Shown: piece by piece, positions 50,741 through 63,215 of the stretch
Layout: every line of letters starts with the position of its first letter
How positions within the stretch are numbered: the first letter of the stretch is position 1
From: the human T2T-CHM13v2.0 reference genome, Homo sapiens
NCBI RefSeq assembly: GCF_009914755.1
Contig: NC_060938.1
Strand: one strand, 5' to 3'
DNA length: 64,000 nucleotides
Translations under genes and position numbers: made by a program
Notes under the pieces: model-generated
The model's database searches: none
What the model was told of the DNA's origin: nothing
Seen by the model: the letters and a program-made list of their open reading frames with translations, nothing else

Positions 50741-50924
50741 ATGAAACTCCCTGCAGGAAGACAAGGCCCTAAGTCGGGAACAAAAGAGGCTGGGAGTGTG
50801 GATTCCCTGAGCACACGCACCACAGACCCACAGAGGCCTCCAGAAAAGTCCCTACCCTCTCTGGGCCTCAATTTACCAGCTGTGAAAGGACCACCTCATA
50901 TCCTCCCAGAAAAAGAAAGAGGAG

Positions 50925-51748
50925 AAAAGAATGATGGTGAAGATGAGAGACTGGAACTCTTGTGCACTAAGTTAGTGGGGATGTGAAATGATGTGGCCAT
51001 TACAGGAAACAGTGTGGCAGCTCCTCAAAAAAGTAAAAATAGAATGAGCCTATGACCCCGCGATTCCATCTCTAGGTACATGCCCAAAGGAATCGAAAGC
51101 AGGCTCTGGAAGAAATACTTGCGCACTCATGTTCTCGGCAGCATCGTTCACAACAGCCAAAAGGTGGAAGCGACCCGAGTGTCCCCAACAGGTGAACAGA
51201 TCAACAAAATGTGGTAAATCCATAAAATGGAATATTATTCAGGCCTGAAAAGGAAGGACATTCTGAGACATGCTGCAACACGGTTGAACCTTGAGGACAT
51301 CAAGCGAAGTGAAACAGGCGAGTTACTAAAGGACCAATCCTGCAAGATCCCACTGATGAGAAGCACCTGACGTAGTCAGACTCATAGAGACAGGAAACGG
51401 AACGGTGCTCGCCGGGGGCTGGGGGAAGGGCAGAAGGGAGAGCTGGTGTTCAATGTTTCAGTCCTTCAGTTTTGTACAATGGAAAGAGTTCTGGAGATTG
51501 GTTATCCAATAATGTGAATACCCTTAGCACTACTGAGCTGCTACTTAAAAATGGCTAAGACAGTAGCCAGGCTCAATGCATAATCTGGTCACCCCAGCTA
51601 CTCAGGAGGCTGAGGCAGAAGGATCTTTGAGCCCAGGAGTTCAAGCCCAGCCTGGGCAACATAGTGCTCATTGTTTTTATCTTAAAAAATGGATAAGACG
51701 GTAAATTTTATGTTACATGTATTTTACCACAATTAAAAATTTTAAAAA
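50925..51748 (+). mobile_element. L1MB 3' portion interrupted by FLAM
   Basis: CAGTGTGGCAGCTCCTCAAAAA, CACAACAGCCAAAAGGTGGAAG, ATGGAATATTATTCAG; ends ATTTTACCACAATTAAAAA. Confidence 0.92.
51566..51684 (+). mobile_element. FLAM (Alu monomer) with a ~19-bp TSD
   Basis: CCCAGCTACTCAGGAGGCTGAGGC...TTGAGCCCAGGAGTTCAAG...GGGCAACATAG; flanks AAAAATGGCTAAGACAGTA and AAAAATGGATAAGACGGTA. Confidence 0.85.
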
Positions 51749-51893
51749 GGTAGTGGCTTTGAACTGCACTGTCCACTCAAACTAATTTTGTACAGTCAAG
51801 GAACTATCAGTTGATCACTGTATTACACCGAAGCTGAAGGGAACCCCATTCCCAAAGCAGGAGAAAGCAGGGCTGCCCAATTTGGAGTGGGGG

Positions 51894-52314
51894 TGTGTTA
51901 GTTCGTTTTGTGTTGCTATGAAGAAATACTGAGGCTGGGTAATTTATCAAGAAAAGAGGTTTATTTGGCTCATGGTTCTGCAGGCTGTACAAGCCTGGCC
52001 CCAGCATCTGCTTGGCTTCTGGGGAGGCCTCAGGAGGTTTTTACTCGTGGTGGAAGGCAGAGTGGGGAGCAGGCACACCACACGGTGAGAGAGGGAGCAA
52101 GAGAGGAGGAGGGGACGCCCGGCTCTTTTAAACAACTAGGTCTGCCACGAACTGATAGGGTGGGAACTCACTTATGACCGTGGAGAGGACGCCAAGCCTT
52201 TCGTGCGGGATCCACCCCCATGACCCAAACACCTCCCACCAGGCCCCGCCTCCAACACTGGGGAATCACATTTCAGCATGAGATTTGGAGGGAACACACA
52301 TCCAAACCATATCA
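51894..52314 (-). mobile_element. MSTA/MSTB MaLR solo LTR, full length
   Basis: TGTGTTAGTTCG...CTGGGTAATTTAT...GGCTCATGGTTCTGCAGGCTGTACAAG...CATCCAAACCATATCA. Confidence 0.95.
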
Positions 52315-53244
52315 GGATGGGACCTCAGAGCCCACCTTCTCAGCCCCTCACTCTTACCTCCGCACCGGGTGACCCTTGGCACTTGGAACTCCCATCTCCA
52401 CACCTCTCCAGCCCCTTCCAGGCAGGTGGGTCTTTGAATCGAGGGCTCCAAAGGTAGACAGATGCATCCTTTCCTGACTTTCCTGGCCAGAGTTGGAGGA
52501 GCCCTTTGTTCTCCCCTGGAGGTTTCCGAGGGATGAGGTCTGGCCCACAGAGCCAAGAGGTATGGGTACAGGGGAGATGAGGCAGATGGGGCAGTAGGTG
52601 GGACTCACCTGAAGGGGCAGCCGGGGCTAAGGGAGCACATGGGCAGCCTCTAGGGGCCCATCTTTCTGCAAAATTCAAAACTCCTAGAAGGGAAACCCCG
52701 CCTCCTCCTCTACAGCCATTTCCAGGGATTCCAAGGTCGTTCATTTAAGTGTAAGAAAAGTCCTGGTGGAAAATATTTGTTGTTACAAATGGAATGTTTC
52801 CATTTGGTTTCATTAAGTCCACCCCCTCCACCCCACCCCACTCCGGGGAAAGCTGGGGATTGCAAGGAAGAGGAGGGTGGAGGAAGAGGGGTGCTCCCAG
52901 TAAAGCCATTTCACCCGGAGAATTCAATCTGGAGAGGAACCAACGTGCAAGAGTGCCTCTGTCGCCATGCCCTTATGTGTGTGATGTCATCCGAGCCTCA
53001 TTCTGCAAGGAGGACTGTCACCCCCATGTCACAGAAGAGGCATCAGGGCCACTGAGCCATTACTGACTTCCCCAGCATCCCACAGTTACGTGGCACGCCC
53101 AGCACTCAAACACACAGACACATCCCTCTGTGACTCCAGAGCACCACAGGCCCTAAAAAGCAGTCTCCACGCCGCGGCTCGCCAACCTCTGGTTAGTAAC
53201 CACTTGATCATTCTGCAAACAGCTGATCAACTTCTCTATCTGGA

Positions 53245-53750
53245 TCTATTTTAACTAGGATACATTTTGGCTACTGTAAGAAATGCCAAAATAACAGGAT
53301 TAAACAGGACAGCGCCCCCCCACCCCCACCCCGCCCGCCCCCCGCATAGCAGGCTGAGCTTCAGCAGTCTAAAGCTAGCGTGGTGGTGACACGGGCACAC
53401 AGGCTTTTTGCAGCTTGTTGCTCTGTGATCCTCAACACCCAGCTTCCCTTCCATAATCCCACGGCTGCCCCACTCCTGCCATCACCTCATTAATCCAACT
53501 GTGGGAACAGGGAGAAGAAGCGGGGGAAGGCACCTCTCTTCCCCCTAAGGTCAGGAACCCGAAGTTTCACAGGTCACTTCTTCTGCGTCATTGGCAAGGA
53601 TTTGGTCAGATAACTACGTGTAGCTGCAAGGGAGGCTAAGAACTTGAATCTTTACATGAGCAGCCACGTGTCCAGCTCAAAGCTGGGATTTCTTTTACTT
53701 TAGAAAGAAGAGGAAAACGGATACTGGGGGCAGCCAGCAATCTCTGCCAC
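53245..53750 (-). mobile_element. MLT1J LTR
   Basis: AAAATAACAGGATTAAACA; TAGCTGCAAGGGAGGCT; GGATACTGGGGGCAGCCAGCAATCTCTGCCAC. Confidence 0.85.
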
Positions 53751-53811
53751 TGGGACACAGTCTTCACCCCTTTGCCAGGACCATGGTGAGCCAAGGTCAT
53801 GGGGAAAAGGT

Positions 53812-53830
53812 AACTGCCATCTGGCGGGGA
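53812..53830 (-). promoter_or_regulatory. Candidate CTCF site
   Basis: Minus strand reads TCCCCGCCAGATGGCAGTT, matching the core CCRSYAGRKGGCRS. Motif evidence only. Confidence 0.45.
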
Positions 53831-55860
53831 GAGAGGTGATTGGATGAGGAATCGGAGGAGGCTTCCTGGGAGGTCCGACATTTCGGCTAAGCCTCGAAGG
53901 ACAGGTAGGGCTTGGGAAGTTGAGATGAAAGGGAGCTCCAAGAGAAGGTGCAAGTAGCCAACTTGTATGGGTGGGAAATTCTAGCTCAGTGAGAGAGCCT
54001 GAACTTTGAGCCAGGAGACCCGAGTTCGAGTGCTGATGCACAGCCCACACAGCCGTGCACGGGTTTCCTGAGCCTCAGGTGGCTTCCTCACTAAACGGCT
54101 GGGGGTCCTCAGTACGTCCCCTTGCAGGCCTGCTGGGGGGGGCAGGCATGTGGCAGGGCAGCTGTGGCAACATTTCCCTGGGCGGCGGGGGTGTCAGTTC
54201 AGTGTCAAGCAGGGACAGGGGCTGGAGCTGAAAAGGGAAGCAGAGACCCCATCTGGAAGCCCTGAAGGCCAGGCCAAGCAGTCTGGATGTTTTTCAAAAG
54301 CTGCAGTCCGTTCCATGGTAGGGCAGCCCCGCAAGCAGAGAGCGACTCTAAAACATGAAGACATCTAGAAGACAGAGAGGAGGAGATGAGATCAGAGATG
54401 TAGAAACCCAAGAGGAGGCAGCTGCAAAGTTCCCAGGGAGACAGCATGGAGGGGATCAGGCCAGAGCCAAGGAGCCCTTCCATCCCAAGCAGGCAGTCAG
54501 GGAAGACTTCCTGGAGGAGGCAGCCCGAAGCTGTCCCAGCCAAAGCAAGAGCTGTTTAGAGCCCAGGGAGTGGGGCTGCGGGGAGGGTTTGCCCTGGAGG
54601 GGACCAGCCACAGAAGGAGGGACCAGCCAAAGCCAGGCCATGCCCAGGGACAGACAGGCCCCACCGCTGCCTCGAGATACCCCTACCCCAGCCAATGTGA
54701 GCACCTCACGGAGCACAGGCTGCACCTGGCACCACATCCCCATCCCAGTGAATCTTCCCAGTGACGTCACAAGGTGCAGATCCTTGCCCAATTAATGGAA
54801 GAAGAAGCTGGAGCCCAGAGAGGGTCGGCCACTTCACTGAGGCCACACAGCAAGGATTTGGGTCCGGCAGTCAGAACCAGTGTACCCAGCACTATTTGAC
54901 CCTTCCTGGGGCCGGGGGTGTCATTCAGAAACACTCTGACATTATCGTCCTGGTCTCTGGAACAAGAACTGCTCTATCCACATCCCATCCACAGCCATCC
55001 CTTACAAGACAGGGACAGAGATGGAGTTACCCCATTGGACAGAAAAACAAACTGAGGCTCCAAGAGGTGAAGTCGCACGCGTGGGTCCGCGGCCCATCGG
55101 TGGCCGGCAGGACTTGAGTCCAGGTCCTTCTGACTCCGTGTCCTGATTCTCGGTGATTCTTGCTGAGGCCTTTCTCTCCCCTCCTACCCCTCCTCCCCCC
55201 CCCCACCATCGCTGTTTTCCTGGCTCCCTCTCAGGGAAAAGAACATGCTCTGAGTCTCTGTTTCCCTGGGAGAAATCCATTTTCAGAATCTGGAGGTGTT
55301 GAAATGTGTTCTTTTTTCCTCTCCAAAGAGCCCTTCTTGAGGACAGAGGTGCCCCCGGAATCCCTCCAAGGCCAGCACCGGCCGGGTGGGGGGTGGGGAT
55401 GCTGCCTGTAGGGGCCAGGTCTCGGAGACCCTTATTCACCCAGGACAAGGAGCAGTGGGGGCACTTCAAGAGCTCAGAGCACACCCTGGCCCCCCAACCC
55501 AGGACCACCCGCCCTGGCCTCAGAAGACCCCACTTGCTATCCCTGCCTGGTTCCTGGCAACAGGCTTTGTGGCTCCCAGTAGCAGGGCAGTCACTGAGCC
55601 TGCCTGGTGGAGGTGTCCAGGGGAGGGTCCGTGGTCTCCACCAGACTGCCACCCTCCCCATGACAGCTGGGCTCCAATGGTCGCGGTCGCAGAAGTCTCT
55701 TGCTGTAAGGAGCCCAGCCCTCTCTGTGAGCATCTCCTAATGCGTGCGGAGCCAGGCCCTGGGGAGCACGGGCTGGTGGGTGCAGGGGCTGCTTGCCACG
55801 TGGGGAAGGAAGGAAAGAGGCTGGGAGGGGCAGGTGGGAAGGGGCACAAGTGGATGAGAT

Positions 55861-56046
55861 AGAAGGGGAAGAGGGAAGGGAGGAAGAGACGGGGGAGGGC
55901 GGAGGGAAGGGAAGGGAGGAAAAGGCAAGGAAGGAGCTGGAGAGGGAAGAGGAGGCGGGGGGAGGAAAGGGAAGAAAGAAGGAAGAAGCAGGGAGAGAAA
56001 GAGAAGAGAGGGAAGGGAGGGGAGGAAAGGATGGGGGAGGGGAGGT
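55861..56046. repeat. GA-rich polypurine low-complexity tract
   Basis: About 185 bp that are almost entirely G/A on the + strand. Confidence 0.9.
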
Positions 56047-57483
56047 GGTGGCTTGGTGTCCGCATACACCATCATCCTTCCTTCAGGCCCTCTCTCCCAG
56101 TGCACTCCCCTTACACTTGCCCAGATGCCTCCCTGCCCTTCCTCTTTCAAAATGCGCTCCAGCCTGGGGCCTGGGCAGCACCCCACCTGTCCTGGCCTCT
56201 CCACCCAGTGCTTGCATCTCCTGACCACAGCTTCCTGCAGCTGGACTAATCCCTCTCAGGGTTCCAGTCCCTTCCCCCAGGCTGCCCTCAGCTCCTCCAG
56301 GTCCCCACTGTACTCACCCCCAGTAGGGACCCCCAGGAGGCCTCGGTTCTCGGGAAGCAGTTCCTGGGTCTCCTAGAACCTATGTTCCAAAATTGTGAAC
56401 CCGTGGATCCCACAGGCCTGGAAGGCCCATCAAGGCCAACCTACTCAGGACCCACTCCCCAGACCCCCACAGCGTCCCCGAGGAGGGACTCCCGGCCTCC
56501 ATGTTCCGAAAGGAACGGACAGAGCTGGAGCTCAGGCACAGCGAGTCCATCGCCCCCAAGACTGCATCTCCGGGGACAGCCCCGAGCGCCCGGCACCTGC
56601 CTGGGGGATGACACAGGCCCCATCTGCCTAAGCGTGGTGCCCAGACCCTGGGACTGCAGCCTTTCCCATCCACGTGGGACATGTCCCAGCAAGCGGCAGC
56701 CTCCTCGTCCTTCAGGGTAAGTTCTCCAGGGCTCTCCAAGAGATTCTCCCTCAAATGCGCCACGTCCCTTCCCTCCTGAGGGACTTCCATGCTCCTGGCC
56801 TCCCAGCAGGTCTCCCTGAGAAAGCTCCTGGCCACCCTGAGATGCCGGGATTTTATCTCCAGGGCAACAGGAATCACTAGAGGACCTGAGGCGACAGCAC
56901 CGTGGGAGAGATTTGGTTTGTGAGGCGAGGGAGGTTGTCACTAGAGACTGGGTCCGTGCCCGTGCTAGGGTCCCACACGCTGCTCCAGCTTGGCTCACAG
57001 CACTCCGGCCCAGCCACCGAGGACACCAGGGGACCCAGGGCCAGGATGTCCATGGTGGCCTCAGGGAGCCCCACTGCAGGTGGTCATGAGGCTATTCTGC
57101 CGCCCCCCACCCCACCCCCAGTGCGAACCCACAGAACCCTCTACATCCCCAAATGCATCACACTGAAACTCCAGCAGAGTGATTGCTGTACGGGTCATAA
57201 AACTACCTGTAGGAAGCAAGTCCCTGCAGAAGCCCCCAGTATCATCATCCTGTGCTGCTGGCCACAGGGGAGAGAATCAGGACCAGGCTGTGCACGGGTT
57301 TATAAGGACAGCCACACAGTCTTCTATGGGTTACAGCCCCACCTCCTCCCGGACCCTCAGTCAGTGCTCTGGGGCCAGCATCCAAGCCAGCCAGTCATTC
57401 CAGCACTCACCTCCCAGACCAATAGCCCACAGAATAGGCTCTAGTCTGGGTCATCAGAAAAGTGAAAGTGCTGCAGATGCCAA

Positions 57484-57923
57484 ATGGATGGATGGATGGA
57501 CCGGTGGGTGGATGCAAAGATGGATGGATGGATGGATGGATGGATGGATGGATGGATGGATGGACAGGTGGACGCAAAGACAAATGGATGGATGAATGGA
57601 TGGATGGATGTACTGGTGGGTGGATGCAAAGATGGATGGATGGATGGATGGATGGATGGATGGATGGATGGATGGATGGTTGGATGAATGGACAGGTGGA
57701 TGCAAAGACAAATGGATGGATGAATGGATGGATGGATGGACCGGTGGGTGGATGCAAAGATGGATGAATAGATGGATGGATGGATGGATGGATGGATGGA
57801 TGGATGGATGGATGGACAGGTGGATGCAAAGACAAATGGATGGATGGATGGATGGATGGATGGATGGATGGATGGATGGATGCATGGACAGGTTGGTGGG
57901 TGGGTGGATAGATGGATGGATGG

Positions 57924-57959
<36 letters not shown>

Positions 57960-58052
57960 ACTGGTGGGTGTGTGGGTGCATGGGCGGATGGATGAACTGG
58001 TGGGTGGGTGGGTAAGTGGATGGGTGGAGGAATGGCCTGAAGGGTGGGTGGG
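57484..58052. repeat. (GGAT)n tetranucleotide array with higher-order units
   Basis: GGAT runs punctuated by three recurring GGTGGGTGGATGCAAAGA / ACAGGTGGA(T/C)GCAAAGACAAA markers. Confidence 0.97.
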
Positions 58053-59129
58053 TAGACATGCTATTCTACCTCTCCACCTCCTGGTTGGACTTTGGACACA
58101 TGCTCCCCTCAAAGAGCCTTCATTCCACAGCTCTGCAAAGGGCACAGAGATCCCTACTGCAGGATTAACATGTGAAAACACACTAAGCTTAATATCTGGC
58201 ACACAGTAGGGACTTAATTAAAGTTTGAAAACATCCCTGCTACTTCTGCCTGCCAGGCAGAGTAGTCTGTGCCCCCATCACTGTGCTCCTGAAAAATAAC
58301 TCAGCATGGATTTTCCACAGTCATCCGGGTAACTCCATCTCCAGCATCTTGAACTGCTTAACTGCAACAGGCTCCTGTCCCAAATAAAACCACCCGCCCC
58401 TCCCAGGAACAGCCACCCCCTAGGAAGGGAAGGGAGACAAGGCTACAGAGCCCTGCTTCCAAGGGACCCCCTACTCCCACCCCAACCCTTCTGCCCACAG
58501 AATTACCCTGCAGACCAGCTCCCAGGCTCTTAGGGTGAGGCCATTAGAATCATGGAAAAGGGTTCACATCACATACCCATCCCCCAACCCTCAATCCCTG
58601 CACGCTCCACCCCCCACCTCCACTGAGGGGGGCTTGCAGAAGAGGAAGAGGCAAATAATTAGAGGCAGAGACTAGGCCTGTCCCCTCTTTCTCTCCATGG
58701 CTCACTCTCACCCTTACTCTGTCTCTCTACAAAGAGACTGAACCACAGCCCTGGGTGGTACCTTTCAAATCCCAAGTCCAGCCTCTATGGTACAGATGAG
58801 GCCACAGAGGCCCAGGGGGGCAGGACAGCACCCAAGTCTCCTGGCAGGACCATGGCCAAGAGGGATGCTGGGTCATTCCCTGGTTTGTCCCATACGTCTG
58901 TGCCCTTCGGAACACAAGAGACCTCTAGCCTCCCACCCTGTCCCTGAAGCTGCCTTCCTACGGCTATGGAGTCCACCAGCCTTGGCTGCGGTTGTGGTAA
59001 GTGACGTGGCAAGGATCTGTCTTTCCCTCAAGACAGGCCTAGGTCTGGTCCAGCTGGAGCACCCGGATGGTGGGTGACGAGCACATGATCACCATCAGAA
59101 GTCCCAGGGTGACGCCCTGGCTCACTCCC

Positions 59130-59525
59130 TGTGACAGATTGCAAAGAGCCCTAATCTTCACTTCTCCCTGCACCAGACCCTTGGCTGAGCAGCCTCACCG
59201 GGCCCTCTGCTCCCATGTGAGTGCTCCCCCATGACTGCCGTGAGCCCATGCGGGGTGAGCAGACACAGCACAGGCGGCTCCCTGCCGCTCATGTATGGGG
59301 GCTGCTTTCTTCATGTGCCTCTGCCATTGCGGTGAGATCAGGCCTGGGCGAGTCTGCAGATCAGAGGCGTGGAGCAGAGCAGAGCGGCCACCACCCCAGC
59401 CGGGTCCGCCAGGGAGCCTGCCCTCGCTGACCCCTGGACCCACTAAATCCCCCGGCACCTGAGAAACGAGCACTCATTGTTTCGTGTTTATTTGTTACCC
59501 AGCATTACAGTGACAAAGATGATGG
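59130..59525 (+). mobile_element. MLT1H-like LTR
   Basis: Starts TGTGACAGATTGCAAAGA; CCTCTGCCATTGC; GTGGAGCAGAGC; TTGTTACCCAGCATTA. Confidence 0.65.
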
Positions 59526-60059
59526 ACAGAGCCCTCAACTCACCAGGTAGCGCTACCTGCTCTGAGATGTGCCAGCACAACCCCTCATGCAACGGAGGCT
59601 GAGGGAGGCGAAGGCCTTGTTCAAGGTCACACTGGAAGTTGGTCCAAATCCAGAGGCCTCTTGGGACCTGCCCCCACGGTGAGCTGGCCTGGCAGACACA
59701 GGTGAGTCCAACTCTGCCCTGTCATCCTGGAGCCACAGTCTGGTGAGGAGGATTGAGTTGGGGAGGGGTAGGTATATTTGGGAATGTGAGGAGGAAGGGG
59801 CAGTTGTGCCAAGCCCTGAGGGATGAGATCAGTTTCTGCAGCTGGACAACGAAGAGCAGGAAGGCCCAGGCTTCTTGGTGGAAGGACCATCCTAGTCCAC
59901 TCTGACCTCATAGCTACAAGTGCTACTGCATTCACAGCCCCTGACGCTGAGGCCAGGTGCATTTCGCCTGCCACCTTTCCATCAGGCCCGTAGGACACCT
60001 GCAAAGGAAAAGCAGGTAACTAAGAGCTGCAGCTTGAGCCCTGTGTGCTGCCCCACCCT

Positions 60060-60220
60060 CCATATCCGAAGCTCCCCATAAACCCATAAGGAGAGGCTAC
60101 CATGACTCTTTCACAGATAAGCAAACTGTGGCCCAGAGAGGTTCCAGACACGCCCAAGGCCACATAGCCTCTAGGAAGCAGAGTCGGAATGTGAACCCCT
60201 GTCTGTGAGATTCCAAGCAT
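60060..60220 (-). mobile_element. MIR
   Basis: TTTCACAGATAAGCAAACTGTGGCCCAGAGAGG...CCCAAGGCCACA...TGAACCC. Confidence 0.8.
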
Positions 60221-60809
60221 CCCTCAGAAAGGCGTGGTCTTCGACTGGCGTTGGTGCCCTGGCACAGCCCAAGGGCCTTGGAAATGCCATTCTCAAGGTG
60301 TTTGCCCTAAAACAACGGCCAGAGAACTTCAGGCCCTGTGTCTGCCAACTACAAGGGCCTTGAACCTGTGGCCACAGTTGTAGACACTGTCACAGGCCCA
60401 GGCCGCAGCTTCTGCCATGCAGGTTCTGGCTGCCTTCTCCACCAAATGGGAAGTGCTTCCTGTCAGCAGCCGCCTTCCCCCCACCACTGTGAAATTCCCA
60501 AAGCAAAGCAAACAGCCATGATTCCCAGGATGCCGAGGCTCATGCCTCTGACCCCCAAATCCCGAACATCTCCTGAGGACCATGGGCATCTCCAACTTAG
60601 CATATGTGCCCAAAAAACTCAGCAGCCTCCCCCATAAACCTCCTCTTCTCCAGGGTTCCCTCCCCATTGTGCAAGCCAGAGGCCAGGTCCTGGTGTCCCC
60701 TCCTCTTGGCCTCCCCTCTCCCCACCTCTCCACCTCCCTTCCCTCACCAGGCAGGCTCCTTCTGCCCCCAGACTACCCTGGTGAAACACCTCTTGCTAAC
60801 TTGTGAGTG

Positions 60810-60930
60810 TGAGTTGTGGGGTCAGACCTTAGCTATGCATCCATAGGCAAATCACTTCACCTCTCTGAGCCTCAGTTTTGTCATCTGTAAAATGGGGATG
60901 ATAAAAGCCTCTCTATATCCTTAAAAGGTA
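60810..60930 (+). mobile_element. MIR
   Basis: GGCAAATCACTTCACCTCTCTGAGCCTCAGTTTTGTCATCTGTAAAATGGGGATGAT. Confidence 0.9.
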
Positions 60931-61179
60931 GAATTTTCTGGCACACGTCATAACTTCTCAAGAAAGAGCAGCTTCTACTATTGTCACTATCCTTGCAGGG
61001 AGTGCAGTGAATGTGTGTGTATCTGCCAGCATCTCTCCTTCCCCATCCAATCCAGGATCTGCTCAGTTTCTGTGAATGGGGACTTTTCTCTCCCAGAGAT
61101 GGGCACGAGACCCAGATCCGACCAAAGAGAGCCGACCCCCTCCCTCCTGTTTCCACCAGATTTCTGCCATGGGAAATGA

Positions 61180-61508
61180 TGCTTTCTCATCTGGGGATGG
61201 CCAGGACAGGTGCTACAAGGACTCCATGAGCCAGAGCTTCTGGGGCCATCTCACCCATGTGCAGAGAAATCCACCTACAGTGACGTGGACGCAGCAGAAG
61301 GCAGGAGCTGACAGCCTGCGGGGCAAGGTGTTGGCTGCACCTGTTGAGTGCCTGGATACACCTGTTGAGTGCCTGGATGCAGCCGTGCCTGAAGGCATGG
61401 CTCCTCCTGGACTTTTCACTGACTGGAGCCAGTACATTCCTTCTTCGCTGAAGTTGGTGTGGATTAAGTTTCTGCCATGTGCAACCCTAAAGGGTCCTAA
61501 CAAAACAC
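61180..61508 (+). mobile_element. MLT1K-like LTR 3' part with an internal 21-bp tandem duplication
   Basis: CCTGGATGCAGCCGTGCCTGAAG, CCTGGACTTTTCA, TTTCTGCCATGTGCAACC; CACCTGTTGAGTGCCTGGAT at 61338 and 61359. Confidence 0.75.
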
Positions 61509-62948
61509 ATGAATGGGGGATAGGAACGTGCTTGGGACCAAGAGGTGTCACAGAGCTGGGCTTCTGTGATGGGGAAGCCCTGTGACTTGTTGACCTGGCA
61601 GGGCCCTGGTAGGAATTCTGTGGGAAAGGAGTGGCCAAAGGTGGTGGCCCCTGGCCATAGCTTGTGAAGTGCCCAGAAGCAGGAGTCGTGGCTCTGGCCC
61701 ACGGTGCTGGCTTATGTTGGGGGCTCAGTGCCAGCCACTACTATTTCCCTACAGAGCACTCTGGTGCCCTGGGCACTATTCTAGGGGCTGTGCGGACGTG
61801 CCCCCACCTGTCCTCACAACACCCTCCCTAGGAGGTGGGCTCGGATGTGCCACCCATTTTACAGAAGACGAGATGGAGGCGCAGAGTTCAGGTAACTTGC
61901 CCGAAGCCACCCAGTGAGGATGTGGTGGCGTGGGCATGAAGCGGCACCTGTGCCGGGACACAGCCGCACAGGCACAGCCTCCTCTTGTCCTTCGCTGTCC
62001 CCCACCTGCTCAGAAGGTCCTGCAAATGACTCTTGTCCCCCTACGAGAAAAGAGCCCACAGTCTCCTACCCAGGCAGGTGCAGCTACCACAGGTCTGTTG
62101 CCAGGCGCCGGGCTTCAAAGGGGAGAGGCAAAGAACTGGAAGGCTGTCCCTCTGCCCATGGCCACCTCCTGAGATGCCTCCCAATTTGGCCCCACTTACC
62201 AAGTGTCCCTGCTACCTCCTGGAGCACCCCCATCCCACCCCGCCCCACCCTGCCCTGCCCCTGGGCCCTGCCAGGCTGGGGGGCTCCTCGGGGGCAAAAA
62301 CATGCCTGACTCCTTGTGTGCCCAGAGCCCCTCCAGGACCAGTGCTTGAGTGGAGGAGGCCTCCCTAAAGGTCAAACGGTCCAGGAGGACACCTGCCACC
62401 ACAACACAGCCCTGGGCCTGCAGTGTAGCATCATCAGTGAACACACCACCACGCACATCACCGTCACCTCTTGCAGGCATCTCCGAGCCACAGCCACAGC
62501 AATCGAGACTCCCTCTCCTCTCCGAGCTCTCTCCGTACACCTCGTCTCACTAACTTCACACAACCCTGGGACATCTGTGCTCTGAGGATCCCAAGCTTCA
62601 GGCTTCAGCCAGAGCCCTGCGTGCCTCCCAAGCAGAGGGGCTGGGTTTCCGACCTGGCGTGGCCATGCACAGGCATGCGTGTGGCTCCGCTGCACCGCCC
62701 GTGTTTATCTTCTGGACACCGGGAATCATAGCCAATCAGACTTTACCACCAGGGTAATCAGGGCAAAACCTGCAGCTGTTCCATGGCCCAAGCGGAGGAC
62801 ACTGCGGCTGTACTTTGTCCCCTTATGGGAAGTATATCCTTCCTCTTGTTTTATTTTTTCTTCTCACTTGTGGTATCTTCTGGCATTCCAAAGCTTCTTA
62901 GAGGAATCCTGAAATCCACTCTGGAACAAGGCTGGGTTTAAGTAAACA

Positions 62949-62949
<1 letters not shown>

Positions 62950-62997
<48 letters not shown>

Positions 62998-63215
62998 ATA
63001 CACACACATACACACACATACACACACATACATACACATACACACATACACACGTACACACACGTACACACACATACACACATACACACATACACACACA
63101 TACACATACACACATACACATACACACACATACACATACACACATACACACACATACACACACACATATACACACGTACACATACACACACACACGAACT
63201 CACACAGGCACACAT
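62950..63215. repeat. (CA)n / (CACATA)n compound microsatellite
   Basis: About 21 pure CA units followed by ~220 bp of TA/CG-interrupted CA repeats. Confidence 0.97.

Noticed and set aside
57407-58209. ORFs with PSIH/MDGW repeats
   Set aside because: Translation of the (GGAT)n array.
61338-61379. 21-bp tandem duplication
   Set aside because: Ordinary slippage inside an MLT1 LTR.
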